Shown piece after piece: positions 51,350 to 64,000 of a stretch of DNA of 64,000 nt. This DNA comes from Mobula hypostoma. Lineage: Eukaryota. The notes beneath the pieces are model-generated. The model had not been told where the DNA came from. It worked only from the letters and a program-made list of their open reading frames with translations, and did no database searches. Numbering within the stretch: the stretch's first letter is position 1; the number at the start of each line of letters is the position of its first letter. The position numbers were made by a program, and so were the translations under genes. The stretch is taken from NCBI RefSeq assembly GCF_963921235.1, contig NC_086109.1:29886001-29950000 (forward strand), read 5' to 3'.

Positions 51350-54300
51350 GTTCGTGTTCTCGCTCACTGACTCCGGGACGGCTGATGCCTCTTGCAATTA
51401 TTTCCTGCACCCTCACCCTGCTGCTAATTTCGCTTTAATGTTTGCTTTTGAGATTGTAAATATGCAATCCCCTTTTAGCAATTTGTTTTATCGGGAGCAC
51501 AGAGAAAGAATTGTTTTGTCAGGTCTTAGTCCCCGTGGCACTGTGTAGTTCTTTTCAGCGTCATATTTTACTGATGCATTTTTAATACCTTTCAAAGTAA
51601 CTTCTGTATAGAGTGGAGACTATAGAAATCTTAGCATAGGCTGCCTTGTCAGAAAGCATCTGGTTAGTTTTTTTTTTAATTTTGACTTTCACTGAAGCCT
51701 ACATCTGATTACAATGTTGTGCAACTTTTGATATGACCAGTTTTATGTCAGGCGTACTGGAATGATACAAAGTAACGTCTGTGTTGAGATCTGATACTTC
51801 AAAAAGAACCAAAGATGGAAAACCATTCCAATTAGTTATTTGCATAAATACTACTATGTCAGTTACCATCCTTTTTAAAATTTCAATCTGTAATCCATTT
51901 TAGCAGTATAGATTCTGCATCAGAATGGTATAACAAGATAAATAAGCTTCTCGCAAATAAGTTTTGTCTCTTAGGTTTGAGAAAACTTATTAATTTTCTG
52001 AGTTTTTAATCTTGCAATACCAATGATATTTTTCGAAGGAAAATGTCTGTTTAATGAAAATATGTGAAATCACGCTTTGTTTCGTTCAGTTGGTGTTAGT
52101 GAGTGTTCAGTCTCCATTAAGTTTATTTATATTATGTTCTATACTTTCACATCTATGTGTGGATTTAAATTCTTGTTAAACTTTTGTAGAACAGATTTAT
52201 TGCTTATGCTATTTTTCTGTCCCTTGAGATGTGGGAGCCATTGGCAAAGCCCTTGTTTATTGCCTACTCCAAATACTCTTGAGAAGATGGAGGAAGCCAC
52301 TTTCTCAAACTGTTGTAGCCCTGATGAAGATTGTGTCCAAACTGCTATTGACTAAGACATTGAAGGAATACAGTGTACAACTTGGAGGAGAGTCTGCGGG
52401 TGGCTGTGTTCCCATATGATTACAGTGGATGTATAATTTAAATAGGTGGCTACAAATATGTTGAAGTCCCCAATATTGCATTCCCATGAATCAATGGCAC
52501 ACGTAGGGTTTAAGTACAAATAGTGTAATTTATAGTAATTCAAGGATTCAGTAATCTCTTGACTTTAATGCTCAGCTGCCATTTTGTAGAACAGAACAGA
52601 TACACAAAAATAAATAGCCTATTTAACAGAATAGTATTTTCATTCTGATTTAGTTTGCTGTTTGCTTGTTTCTTCAGGTTATTTCCTGTACATGTCCTGT
52701 CAGATACATGGTTATTGGATGTTACATTTTCCATTATCTCTCTCCAACATCTTTGAAGTTTCAGCTGTAAATGTTTGCTTGCGTGCACAGGGATCTGATC
52801 CAGGCTGTTAATTATTAAATGTTACACTTGTGAAGTGCTTTGACAAACTGGCTAAGTTTCCATTAGGACCAAAAGAGCTTGTTCTTTTGGCTGAAACTCA
52901 ATTGTGTCAGCAAACAATGTGGATTTGAGACATTTAAGTAATAAATTGGCATCGTGGGTTTGTGACACCTGCATGTTTCATAATTAATAGGGAACATTTT
53001 CCTCAATAAGCTAGATTATTTTTTTTAAGCTGCTCTAAGTTTGGCAACTTCCAATTGGGACAGCACCATGCTAGTTATGCTTTGAAAAGACAATTTATCT
53101 CTAGTATGACATGTGACATGTGAATTATATGGAATATCATATGCTGTGTAGCACAGTAGTTCTGTGGGTGTGAAATTATGCATTCCTAAAACTGTAAAGC
53201 AGGTGCTGACTGTCCGTCCCTTTGCCTTTTGTTGTTCAATTAAACCTTGGATGCAACTTTAATGTGGCGGTGACATTACTTATCTTCCAAGATACTGACA
53301 AAGTTTCCTCTTGACATGGATTATTGACAATTGTTTTGTATGTAATTTTACATTGTTATACCAAATTTACAACTTGGTTTTTGGGATTTACTTTGAAGTT
53401 AGACGTAGAAGCATCCTCTTTTTTTTGTTGTTAGTAGCTGAATGGTGAGAACGTAAAAGTTGTAACGTGCAATTATTAAATGCACGATTAACTCCAAAGA
53501 CTGCATCCTTTGCACTTCTAGACTTACTACAGTTTGATTAATGCCCTCTTCTTCCACACAAACACAGGATTGCTATTGCCCTCTCCTTTCTCTGTTTAGT
53601 GGATTACCCATCATAGTTTCTACCAGCTCCAATGGAAATCCATTACCAGTATATTTTTCCTTCCCATCTTGTTCGGTATTATGAGGGCCATTCTCTCCCT
53701 GGTTTAGCCATCCATATCCACAAACTACTTTCCTTCTCTTGGCAGGAGGTGCAGTTTCTGCCTTTTTACCTCTTCTTGCCACTTAGAGATCCAAATGATG
53801 TTACTAGATGAAACTGATATTCACTTACTTTTTCCCAATTTACTGCATTTTGTTCAGGTAGAATGGGTTGGGTAAAGGAGAAGGGCTGTTTGCAATGTGG
53901 AGAGGATGAAATGGGTGACTGATGGTCAACTTGAATTTGATGGGCTAAATAGCTGTTTTCCATGCTGTGTTATTCTGATTTGATTGTGGAGAATGAGCTT
54001 CTACGATGGTGTTCAGCTGTCAGAAAAATCATGCAACAGTATCTGAGAGTAAGTTACTGGTTTTTGAATGTTTTAGATTTCTTCCAACTTTCCTCTGAGA
54101 GCATATCATGTTTGCTTTTGTTTAGAATTGAACAGCAAATTACCATTTGATTTGTAGCAAAATCTGAATTGAGTCAAATATGCTTTTAATATGCTTTTTT
54201 ACGTGTGTGTTTTTTAAACTATTATAATGTAACTGAAATAGAGATAATTTCCAGTATCTGAAATCCTACATGTTTTAATTTCAGCATGTAATTTTTTTTC

Positions 54301-54943
54301 TTATTACATTATTTTTCTGTGCAGTGGTTTGATGAGTTAGGGTCTTCAGCTGTCATATTGCAATAAGATTTAATTGTTTACCAAAAGAAAATGGATACAT
54401 GGTGCTTCTGGGTTAAGACACCTAATTTATGGACAATCCATACATAGAAACAATATCATTAAATTCAGAAGTCTGATAATAAGTTTGTTCTTACAAATGG
54501 CAATCTAGATTTTTTTTGCCAGTTTTAGTAATTGTTTTTTTCTTTTCGGTCTTAAGTGCTTTTGATGCCATTCATTTCAGCGATGTGGAGTGATTTTTTT
54601 TGTATTTTCTGATTTATTGGCAATCATGCAACAATATCTGTGAGTAAGTTACTTTTTTTTTGAATATGTGGATATCTTCGAATAAATGGAACCTGTTTGT
54701 TACCTGGATGAAATAGAATTACTCTGTAATTAGGTTTGACAACTAGGTTTTTCTCCCACATGGGCCTTTACATGGTATCGTGGATTAATTGAATTACTTC
54801 ATAACTGATTGCCATTATACTTGCACCACATGTATAATCTTACCTAAACATGAGGAAATCTGCAGATGCTGGAATTTCAAGCAACACACATCAAAGTTGC
54901 TGGTGAACGCAGCAGACCAGGCAGCATCTCTAGGAAGAGGTAC

Positions 54944-54979
54944 AGTCGACGTTTCAGGCCGAGACCCTTCGTCAGGACT
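54944..54979 (-). ncRNA. Minimal type I hammerhead ribozyme motif (second copy)
   Basis: Reverse complement reads AGTC-CTGACGA-AGGGTCTCGGCCT-GAAAC-GTC-GACT. Confidence 0.68.
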
Positions 54980-55461
54980 AACTGAAAGAAGAGCTAGTAA
55001 GAGATTAGAAAGGGGGAGGGGGAGATCCGAAATGATAGGAGAAGACAGGAGGGGGAGGGATGGAGCCAAGAACTGGAAAGTTGATTGGCAAAAGGGATAT
55101 GAGAGGATCATGGGACGGGAGGCCCAGGGAGAAGGAAAGGGGGGGGGGAGCCCAGAGGATGGGCAAGGGGTATAGTGAGAGGGATAGAGGGAGAAAAAGA
55201 GAGAGAAAGAATGTGTGTGTATATAAATAAATAACGGATGGGGTATGAGGGGGAGGTGGGGCATTAGCGGAAGTTAGAAATGTCAATGTTCATGCTACCC
55301 CTTTTCTTTCTCCCTAGGCCTCCTGTTCCATGATCCTCTCATATCCCTTTTGCCAATCAACTGTCCAGCTCTTTGCTCCATCCCTCCCCCTCCTGTCTTC
55401 TCGTATCATTTTGGATCTCCCCCTCTCACTTTCAAATCTCTTACTAGCTCTTCTTTCAGTT

Positions 55462-55497
55462 AGTCCTGACGAAGGGTGTCGGCCCGAAACGTCGACT
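55462..55497 (+). ncRNA. Minimal type I hammerhead ribozyme motif (Penelope-associated)
   Basis: AGTC-CTGACGA-A-GGG-TGTCGG-CCC-GAAAC-GTC-GACT: helix I AGTC/GACT, CUGANGA and GAAA cores, GUC site, palindromic ACGT in place of helix III. Confidence 0.7.
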
Positions 55498-57159
55498 GTA
55501 CCTCTTCCTAAACATAATCTTACCTAAGGCTGTTTTAAGTGGTCACAGCAATGATATGTCACAGTAGAGGAAATTTACAGGTACCTATAAGGTGATCATA
55601 TATCTGATTTATCATGTTTCTAGTACAGAAGTATTGACAGATGACTAGAATGTCAAGATCAAGTTTACCAATTGAGTTTATTTGAAGTTAACAAATTACA
55701 ATTAGTTTAATAGTCAATGTTGAGACTTGTTATCAGCAGACATAAATGTTATACGTGTCATTTTAGCTGCGCTGTAAATTGGAAAATATAAGGGGTTAAT
55801 TTGTGATGTACTTGCCTAGAATGAAAGTTTCCTGCTAATTTTCAAACTAACTGATTACTTTGCTCTAGTACAGTCAAATTGTGCTTTGAATGAAGTTGGT
55901 GTTACCAGTGATCAACGATCATTGTGCTTTGGAAGTGATTTGGATTTATCATAAGTTATTCCTTTGAGTTATATAAACAAAAAATGGACAAAGCAAATGA
56001 GTATTGTTCAAGCTGATTATTTGCATATAACCTGAGCGGCATCGAGGACCCAGATTACCCTTCACTTCATGTACAGTACTTGAAACTTTATTTTTTTAAC
56101 TGACTATGAAATTCTACTCAGCTTTGTATTTGGATTTAATGACTGCTAAACTGTAAGTTGCAATTTTCCATTTTATAGAGCATCCCTTGCCTATTAGATG
56201 TCTGAATCTTTGGCATTGATACTAAAACTGATTTTTGTTGATCTACAAATGATACAGCTTGAGCCAAGACATTGCTTCACCTTTACTATTTGTGATGGTC
56301 CTCAAGGAAGAGATTCTTGATTGCCAACTGATATATTAAAGGAGATACTAACAACACTGTACTCTACCAGAGGAATGCTGCCTTTCTCATTTATGTTTTT
56401 TGATTCTAATTCTGACCTTTGCCTTAAAGAAAACATGTATTTTATGAAGTCAGAATTAACTTGGTGATGCCTTTTTAAAAACAGATAATTTGCATGGAAT
56501 TCACAGTTCGTATCTATTCTGTGATATTTGCACATCTTTTTTTCCTCACTCAATGTTCGAGTCTCTCTTAATCAATATAAATCTGATGATAGAGGATTTC
56601 ATGTTCCTTATTACTTTTGTGGTCTTGAACATACTGATTTTCCACCATATTTGTGTATTGTTTCAAGTTGGTGTCTTTCTTGATTCCACTTGAAATTAAA
56701 TAGAACTGGACAAAAATTACAGTTAAGTTATGTAAAGGGATAGTATTTGAACAATGCGTGGTTGTAGAATTGAATTGCAGTTGAAGGGCAGAAGTACTTG
56801 CATCATGCTCTGAGCAGTGTTATTCAAAGATCTAATTTATACACAGGCTTATTTCTCTCCACTGTCTTTAATTTTAGCTGTTACTTGTAATTAGAAAATG
56901 CACTGCATTGTATTATGTAACAAATTTTATTGCCGTGAGAAAGAGTGCTATTTCTTCTGTATTTTCACAGCTCCTTTTATTTGCAATACTTCCTTTCATT
57001 TGGGAAGATCTTGACTCTAAATTCTATACATGCAATACATTAATGCAATGTATCGGATTTTTTCCTCCAGATTTTCTATATGAAGTGCAAACGATGCTTG
57101 CTTTATTCTGTTTTTACACTTATATGGCATGTCTTTCTCTTCTTTTTTTCTTTCCTTAG

Positions 57160-57216
57160 TATACAACAAGTTTATGGAGCACAGCATCCCCCATTTGATC
57201 CCCGGCTACACAAAAA
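57160..57216 (+). CDS. TBC1D22B: TBC1D22 coding exon 2 (57 nt)
   Basis: Long polypyrimidine tract ending TTTCCTTAG at 57159 and GTAGGT donor at 57217. In phase with exon 1, giving (S)IQQVYGAQHPPFDPRLHK, the conserved SIQxVYGAQHPPxDP motif. No further exons recognised before the window ends. Confidence 0.9.
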
Positions 57217-57836
57217 GTAGGTTTGCAGCATAATTCATTGTTCTCTTGTGATTATGTGAAACACATTTTCAGCATGATGACCTTCATTCTGTGAATATAG
57301 CCAGAACTTTACAAAGTGGTAGAACAAATTATGTAGAGTAAAAGAGCATCTGCATGATTAGGATTTCATTTTCATATGGCAATCAAAGTAAACACAGAAT
57401 AACTTTGTAGTTCAAACTAGTAGTTCAGAGTTTGAGGGTAGATGGAATTTTTCACTGAAAATCTGTATTGAGAAGGCAGATTGGACATTACTGGTTAGTA
57501 ACTATAATGGGATTGATTTGGCAGGAACCTGGTGCAAGATGCTTATTTTTCAAAGCCTCTCCATTCCAGTTACTGTTACAAAATGGGAGAGTTTTGAAAC
57601 ATGTTTCAAGTGTCTGCAAGAGATTGTAATTGCCATTTTAAGAGCGGTTGCACATTTGTTAGAACACAACAGTGGGATTTGTGTTTGCAAACACATTCAG
57701 CTACTTTTTCTTTTACAAAAGGCTGTTCTGTATTACTAAACTCACACTTGTAGGTACATCTGCTTTTTGGCCAATCTACCATGCCATATCTAATCTGGCA
57801 ATAGGGATAATCTTAAATTTACCTTTCCAAAGTATA

Positions 57837-58397
57837 CACTCAGCGGCCACTATTATTTACACCCGTGCACCTTTTAATGCAACTGTCTAATCAGCCAATC
57901 ATGTTGCACCAACTTGGTGCATGAAAGTGTGCAGACATGGTCAAGAGGTTCAGTTGTTGTTGTTCAGACCAAATATCAGAATGGGGAAGAAATGTGATCT
58001 AAATGTCTTTGACCATAGAGTGATGGTTGGTGCCAGACAAAATGGTTTGAGTATCTCAGAAACTGCTGTTCTCCTGGCATTTTCAGCACAACAGTCTCTG
58101 GAGCTTACAGAGAATGGTGCAAACCCACCCCCCCAAAAAAAAATCCAGTGAGTGGCAGTTCTGTAGGTGAAAATGCCTTGTTAATGAGAGATCAGAAGAG
58201 AATAATCAGACTGGTTCAAGCTAACAGGAAGGCGAGAGTAACCCAAGTAACCACATATTACAACCATGGTGTGCAGAAGAGCAACTCTGAACGCGTGTTG
58301 AATTGTGAAGCAGATGGGTTACAGCAGAAGACCACAAACATACACTATGTTCTCTTTATTAGGTACAGGAGGAACCTAATAAAGTGGCCACTGAGTG
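57837..58397 (+). mobile_element. Internally deleted Tc1 transposon (561 bp)
   Basis: TIRs CACTCAGCGGCCAC / GTGGCCACTGAGTG, TA on both sides, HTH remnant MGKKCDLNVFDHRVMVGARQNGLSISETA. Confidence 0.9.
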
Positions 58398-58540
58398 TAT
58401 ATGAGTATGATGCATGAAAGTATTGCTGCAACTGGAGTATTTGGGCTTGTTCTAGATTACTTGGATTTCTGTGGTTTTCAATTATTTTAGATTGTTTTGA
58501 TGCATTGGAAATGCATGTCAATAATCAAGGAGTATGAAAG

Positions 58541-59158
58541 GAGTGGATTCCACTTAATTGGGCCATCAGTTAATTGGGGTATCCTGATTTGGGACAATTC
58601 TTAAAGAACCTGGGTTCCCTTTGTTTATTTAGGACACTATGCTGCTTAATTGGGTCCAGAACTGGTCAGTCATGTCCACTTGTGTGGCTGTTAGACATTA
58701 CACCATGCTTAGAGCACACAGCGATGTCAATTGTTTGCTTGTGTTCTGTTATCCATTTGGGTTGACAGATGTAGATTTGGAAAGTAGTGATTTTTAACAG
58801 CAATTTAAAAAAAAAATTGACCAAAAAAACTTGAGACCCTTGCCATGAAAAGATTTAACATTAGTTGAAAAAATAAGCTCTTTGGACCAAAATTAAAGCC
58901 ATTTGTCTAACACCACTCATTATCAGCTGGTAGAGATAACTGGAGTGCCAAAATCTGTAACTGCACACTTGGTACATTAGCAAGATAAACTGCGAGAAGA
59001 ATGGGCATTACGTGAGGGACAACAGGGAACATCCCCCAAAAAAAGGCGTGAAGGTAAGGATTGAATCAGTGATTTCCCATTGAAATTAGACAAGGTGTGC
59101 GTGTCAGTGGGCCAAAATGTACTGGTCCCGATGTGTTCCAATTAACTGGAATGCACTG
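58541..59158 (+). mobile_element. Second Tigger/pogo-type non-autonomous element
   Basis: TIRs AGTGGATTCCACTTAATTGG / CCAATTAACTGGAATGCACTG+TA; CENP-B-type remnant KDLTLVEK...ITGVPKS...DKLREEW...KKRREGKD. A related 3' fragment lies at ~48060-48172. Confidence 0.75.
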
Positions 59159-59786
59159 TAATTTCATAAATATACATAAATACACTCTGTCTCCCATGCA
59201 CAGTTTTACTCAGTCATGCAGCATTTCAAATGTATAATTTATGCTAATTGCTGCAAATTTTTTTTGTTAAAAAGGTATATGATGGGAAGAAATTGGATTG
59301 GGATCCACCTGTTTTCTCTGTTTCAGCAGGATACTGTGTAGCAGTTTTTTTGAGGTTGCAAATAAATGAAAAAATTTGGAAACTTGATACTAGGGGCTGA
59401 AGGAGTTTTGCTCTTGAACTCTCTATTCATTGAAGAAGTTTCAAAATTATTTTTATTCGCTTATAAACGTAAGCGGTTACATTTTGGTACAGTTGCCATC
59501 CTGATTATAAATTTTCGTTCAATTTTTTAATGTAAATGTGCCTCTCTTGGAGGGGGGGAGGGGTGTAGGAAAGTAAATGGGCTGTTTCAATGCAAGTTTC
59601 TAACGGAGACCAACCTGCACCACAGTTTTCTGTGATTCTGCTTCTATTGATACATTGCGAGTGTAGGATCTGGTATAAAAATAGTATAAATTATTCTTCT
59701 GAGTTCTGTGTTGGGAGTTCATATAGAATAGTCAAGGCTAGTGAAGCAGTGCTGCTCGGTATTCTTCTAGAACATATTTGGATAGG

Positions 59787-60408
59787 ATAGTTAAGAAAGC
59801 TTATGGGGTGTTAGCTTTCATAAGTCAAGGGATAGAGTTTAAGAGTCGCGATGTAATGATGCAGCTCTATAAAACTCCTGGTTAGGCCACACTTAGAGTA
59901 GTGTGTCCAGTTCTGGTCATCTCACTATAGGAAGGATGTGGAAGCATTGGAAAGGGTACAGAGGAGATTTACCAGGATGCTGCCTGGTTTAGAAAGTATG
60001 TATTATGATCAGAGATTAAGGGAGCTAGGGCTTTACTCTTTGGAGAGAAGGAGGATGAGAGGAGACATGATAGAGGTGTACAAGATAATAAGAGGAATAG
60101 ATAGAGTGGATAGCCAGCGCCTCTTCCCCAGGGCACCACTGCTCAATACAAGAGGACATGGCTTTAAGGTAAGGGGTGGGAAGTTCAAGGGGGATATTAG
60201 AGGAAGGTTTTTTACTCAGAGTGTTTGGTGCGTGGAATGCACTGCCTGAGTCAGTGGTGGAGGCAGATACACTAGTGAAATTTAAGAGACTACTAGACAG
60301 GTACATGGAGGAATTTAAGTTGGGGGCTTATATAGGAGGCAGGGTTTGAGGGTCGGCACAACATTGTGGGCCGAAGGGCCTGTACTGTGCTGTACTATTC
60401 TATGTTCT
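59787..60408 (+). mobile_element. CR1 3' fragment with TSD
   Basis: ALERVQRRFTRMLPGL...RRMRGDMIEVYKI; tail TTCTATGTTCT; flanking duplication ATATTTG(G)ATAGG at 59774-86 / 60409-20. Confidence 0.9.
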
Positions 60409-62021
60409 ATATTTGATAGGTTTTTAATAAATAGGCTTTTCCCTCTTTTTGATTTTTTTTCCCCTTGTGTAAAATATTTAAACCTTGATATCTTCAAAAC
60501 ATTTATCCTGGTGACTACCCAGAACTTGGAGCAGTTCTGCTTAAAGCCACTTTATAGTTGCTCCTCAAAACTCTCCCATAACTTTCTATATTTTTATATC
60601 TTTAAAAAAAAACACCCATGTAAGCCACCTTTTTTCTTGTACCATCTTCCTGTTTGTCTGGTATGTGAGTGAATTTTCGATTTTTTTTAAATTATTATTT
60701 TTTATTTTTTTAAAATGTATGTTTGATGTCTAGTGTTTAGGACAACCGAGCCACTTTGAAGGGGTAAATTTGTTTTTATCCCAATCTAAAAGATGTTGTT
60801 TTGCCCTTAATGTGACACTTTTAAGTGCCCACTTTTGAGCCACACTGAAATCACCTTGCCCTCTGACTTGACACAGTAGGACACTTTGCCATAAAGCAAA
60901 GCTACAGAAGGAAAGCTTATATTGAAGAAATGAGTTTTCCAGGGTTACTACTTATTGAAAGTCTTTGCAAGTTCTATAGCAGAAGTGGATTCCACACAGT
61001 ATCTTAGAATCAAAATTTTGGTTTATTTTATCAATTGGGTTTTATGATGAGTTACACTTTCTTACCGAAAGTACTCAACAGTTCCAGATATTTTCATAAT
61101 TCATTACCTTGAGGATAATCTCCATTCTGGTTTGCTATGAGATCCTGAGATGACTCTCTAAATAGAAATTACTTTATTTCTAAATAGAACTGTTATGGGA
61201 TGGTCAGGGTTTCCTTACTATTCCCTTCTGGATTCTTTGGTTTTGAGGGCTTGAAGTTTTTCTTCCAAGTAGGTTCCTGTTTGCTTGTGATTGATTGGTG
61301 ATCTGTCCTTCCCAGTTTAGTGTGTTCATGTCAATTTTCTTGAGGTACAGTATACTTTCATTGTTTATAGCACTTCCTCTGATCACCATGTGTTCAATCA
61401 GTGACATGAGTATCTAATACTTCAGATGTCAAGAGTTGAACATCACTATAGTGGAATTAATGTCTGTGCTTACTGGATTAAATTGTATACATTTTCATAC
61501 GTAATAGCTTTAACTATAAATTACATTATGTATTGCTAAATTTCAGGACATATACCAGAGATATTAAAACTGATTCAGATTCTGCTCTGATAAGAATACA
61601 AGTGATATGGAGAATTTTCTAGGGACATTGCAATAATGCCTCTTCGATGTCTTTGGGTGATGTTGGTGAATTGCTGAGCTTTCACATCCATAATGAAGAT
61701 TGAAGACAAAATCAATCTGTATACTTGAATCTTGAATGTAATTATCAGTAAACAATTAATGAAACAAGACTAGTTTCCAAAGATATCATGCCCTTCACTA
61801 AACTTTGTCATGAATGAATATTCTCGGGAAAAGGTTGTTCCATGGAAACGTAAGCAGTGTTTAATTTTTATGTTCTGGTGAATTGCATAGGATCATTTGC
61901 AGTGTTCCAAGAAGTACATTCCTCATTTGCACCTGTATGCTGCAGCTCAGAAGTATGGAATGCAAAGGTGTTCAGATGACAGCATGCCTGTTCTCTTGCT
62001 GCACTGCTAAACTTAATACTG

Positions 62022-62725
62022 TGTAGCCCCCCGGCAAGCCTCAGGGTCGCTCAGCTTGCTGTCGTCTAGGGAAACAGCTCTCGGCCCTGCCAAACTGGGT
62101 AATTAGTTTGTGTGGATGCTGTGTGATGTACCTCACCCCGCCCAAATAACAGACAATACATTAGATACGATTAAATGAATTACAGTTTATAGATATTCCT
62201 GGAACTATATAATTAATAGAGATAAAATATAAAAGGAAAATGCGCCATACTTATCAAAGTTCAATCTCTTCATGCACAAACAGTTGGAGCTCGGGCCCCT
62301 CCTTCACTCTGCGATTCCCTTGGACCACCTCGACCTGCCGCCTGGGACCATCAACGGTGGTCGAGCAGACGCTCCACACAAGTCCGTCTCTGTCTCCTCT
62401 CCTTGCCGAACACCCTGGACCTCGGACTCCTGCTTGGGGTCCGACCCCGTTAGCACACTGCACCTGGTCCATCCTCTGTCTCTCTCTCTCTCCCGCCTTC
62501 TGCACAAAAACCCGCGCATCACACTAACCTACAGACACTCAGAAAGAATAACGTCTATTCCAATTGGTTTGTTCACCCTCTTATCAGTAACATGATCCAA
62601 ATAAGCTGCTAGCGGGAGGACTTTCTCAGCAGTTAACATAACAAAGAAGCCATTTCAATTATAACATAACAAAGAAGCCATTTTAATTAGACTACGCAGT
62701 AACATAAAAGAAGAAACCCCTTACA
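62022..62725 (-). mobile_element. Solo LTR (704 bp) in TBC1D22 intron 2
   Basis: TGTAG...TTACA termini with 4-bp TSD ACTG (62018-21 / 62726-29). Orientation is tentative. Confidence 0.8.
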
Positions 62726-63549
62726 ACTGAGTTCTGGGAGCGACTCTGTTGTTCTGAGCTGGGAGGCCAGCTATACTTTATTTAGTCCATTCGCTGCAAG
62801 TTGTCCATGGGGCTGCTGGCCTGCGTAGAAATGGGAGGTAAAAGTGATTTTCTTTTTGCTATACTTTAACATTTAGTAAAGTGACTTATAAATGTAATTT
62901 TAAATTCAATATCAACTATTATTTTGCCTCTGTTTATCATTTAAAACAATCTTTCAATTTCTGATTCCTAGAATCGGGTGGCAGGGATTTGTTCCTATGA
63001 GAGATTAATTAGATTGGCCCTACAGTCTATGGAATTTAAAGAAATAAATAGTGTTGTCATTAAAATACTCATTTCAGGCTTGATGCAGTGGTGATCATCT
63101 TCTGACTTGGACAACTGTTTAGGCGGAGATTTACTTTGGAATTCTGTACCTAAGAGAGGTGTGTGGGCTCAGTGAATATATTCAGACAGGTGATTGATAT
63201 GTTTTGGATATTGAGGAAAATACGATTAACAAGGGAAGGTAGAATTGAGGGAGAAGAACTTTAATGGTGAAGCAGATGAGTAGTTGAATAACCTACACCT
63301 ATTTTTATGTTATGCTTTTGGCAGCACAGGGTGTCGAAGGCTTTCGGGATGGAGGCTTCCTGATCAGTAGCTTGAAGCTTAGTTTCTGCTTGCAGACAGC
63401 TCTGCTGAGACATGACCAAAAAAACCAAGCAGAGTCCACTTGCCAGCAGAAGGTTAGTTTTTATTTCTCTTCCTGGCAGAAGACACTGTCAAATCATGAA
63501 GTGAAGTTCTTTGTAGAATAATGTCATGGAATGGAATTTTAGTATTAAT

Positions 63550-64000
63550 TGTTACGTACCCTGTAACTGGGTTGCCAAACCAGCAGAAATGGATCACTCA
63601 GTTGGAGTCTGGAGTACTAGAACTAAGAAAGTTTTATTAAAGAAACGAGCAACACAGTAATCGAAAGGATAATAAATGCAACAGTTCAGCGATGATAAAC
63701 GCACATGTGCACAGAATTAAGATAACAGCATCAATCAAGCTCTATCGTTGTCTAGGGGTAAATGACCAAATTTCAAAATGACTCAAAGTTCAGTCCAGTT
63801 CAGTTCGCAGTAATCGTTGCCATGGCGATGGACAACGTGGGGGAAGAGGGAGATAGAATAGGAACAACTGATCATTCAGAACACTGCTTCACTCACAGAC
63901 CAGCGAGATGGCTCACAAACAGCTTTTGGGCGGGTCCTTGGTGATGTCACCTGAGGTCACCGACTGTGACCCCTCCTCCAGATGCGGTCGATCCTCTGCA
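63550..64000 (-). mobile_element. LTR end running off the window
   Basis: Begins TGTTACG; TTTATT at ~63635 (AATAAA on minus); more CpG-rich than its flank. Other end not visible. Confidence 0.55.

Larger units (their letters stand above)
54848..55513. mobile_element. Penelope-like insertion with inverted (head-to-head) arms
   Basis: Minus-strand 3' end 54848-~55295 (ORF end MNIDISNFR*) and plus-strand inverted copy ~55296-55510; 14-bp TSD ATAATCTTACCTAA (54834-47 / 55514-27). Confidence 0.88.

Noticed and set aside
51294..51548. 84-aa single-exon ORF in the ORF track
   Set aside because: Only the first 18 codons are real; the rest reads into intron 1 past the donor at 51350.
54789..55286. 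ORFs of 93-149 aa over the purine-rich tract
   Set aside because: They lie in the low-complexity Penelope 3' UTR and are not host exons.

Overview
Vertebrate genomic DNA, not prokaryotic. The repeat content (CR1 and Rex1/Babar LINEs, tRNA-derived V-SINE-like SINEs, Penelope-like elements) suggests a cartilaginous fish such as a ray or shark; this is inference. The only recognisable host gene is the 5' end of TBC1D22 (probably TBC1D22B) on +, with a CpG/CCAAT promoter near 51.1 kb, coding exon 1 at 51294-51349 and exon 2 at 57160-57216. The rest is intergenic or intronic DNA dense in transposons: a full-length 4.5-kb Gypsy LTR element (39965-44451, minus, 230-bp LTRs, 5-bp TSD), two solo LTRs and a partial LTR, a young 5'-truncated CR1, Rex1 copies, Tc1/Tigger/hAT derivatives and many Penelope 3'-end fragments. 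Most interesting observations: (1) the Gypsy element has no tRNA-type primer-binding site; its post-LTR sequence is instead complementary to its own LTR, and its RT motif reads YLDN; (2) minimal hammerhead ribozyme motifs occur in the Penelope ends, including a head-to-head inverted insertion in TBC1D22 intron 1; (3) a solo LTR is inflated by three tandem arrays; (4) there is an old local duplication and several minus-strand exon-like segments with no coherent ORF. Boundaries of degraded repeats are approximate and were read by eye.
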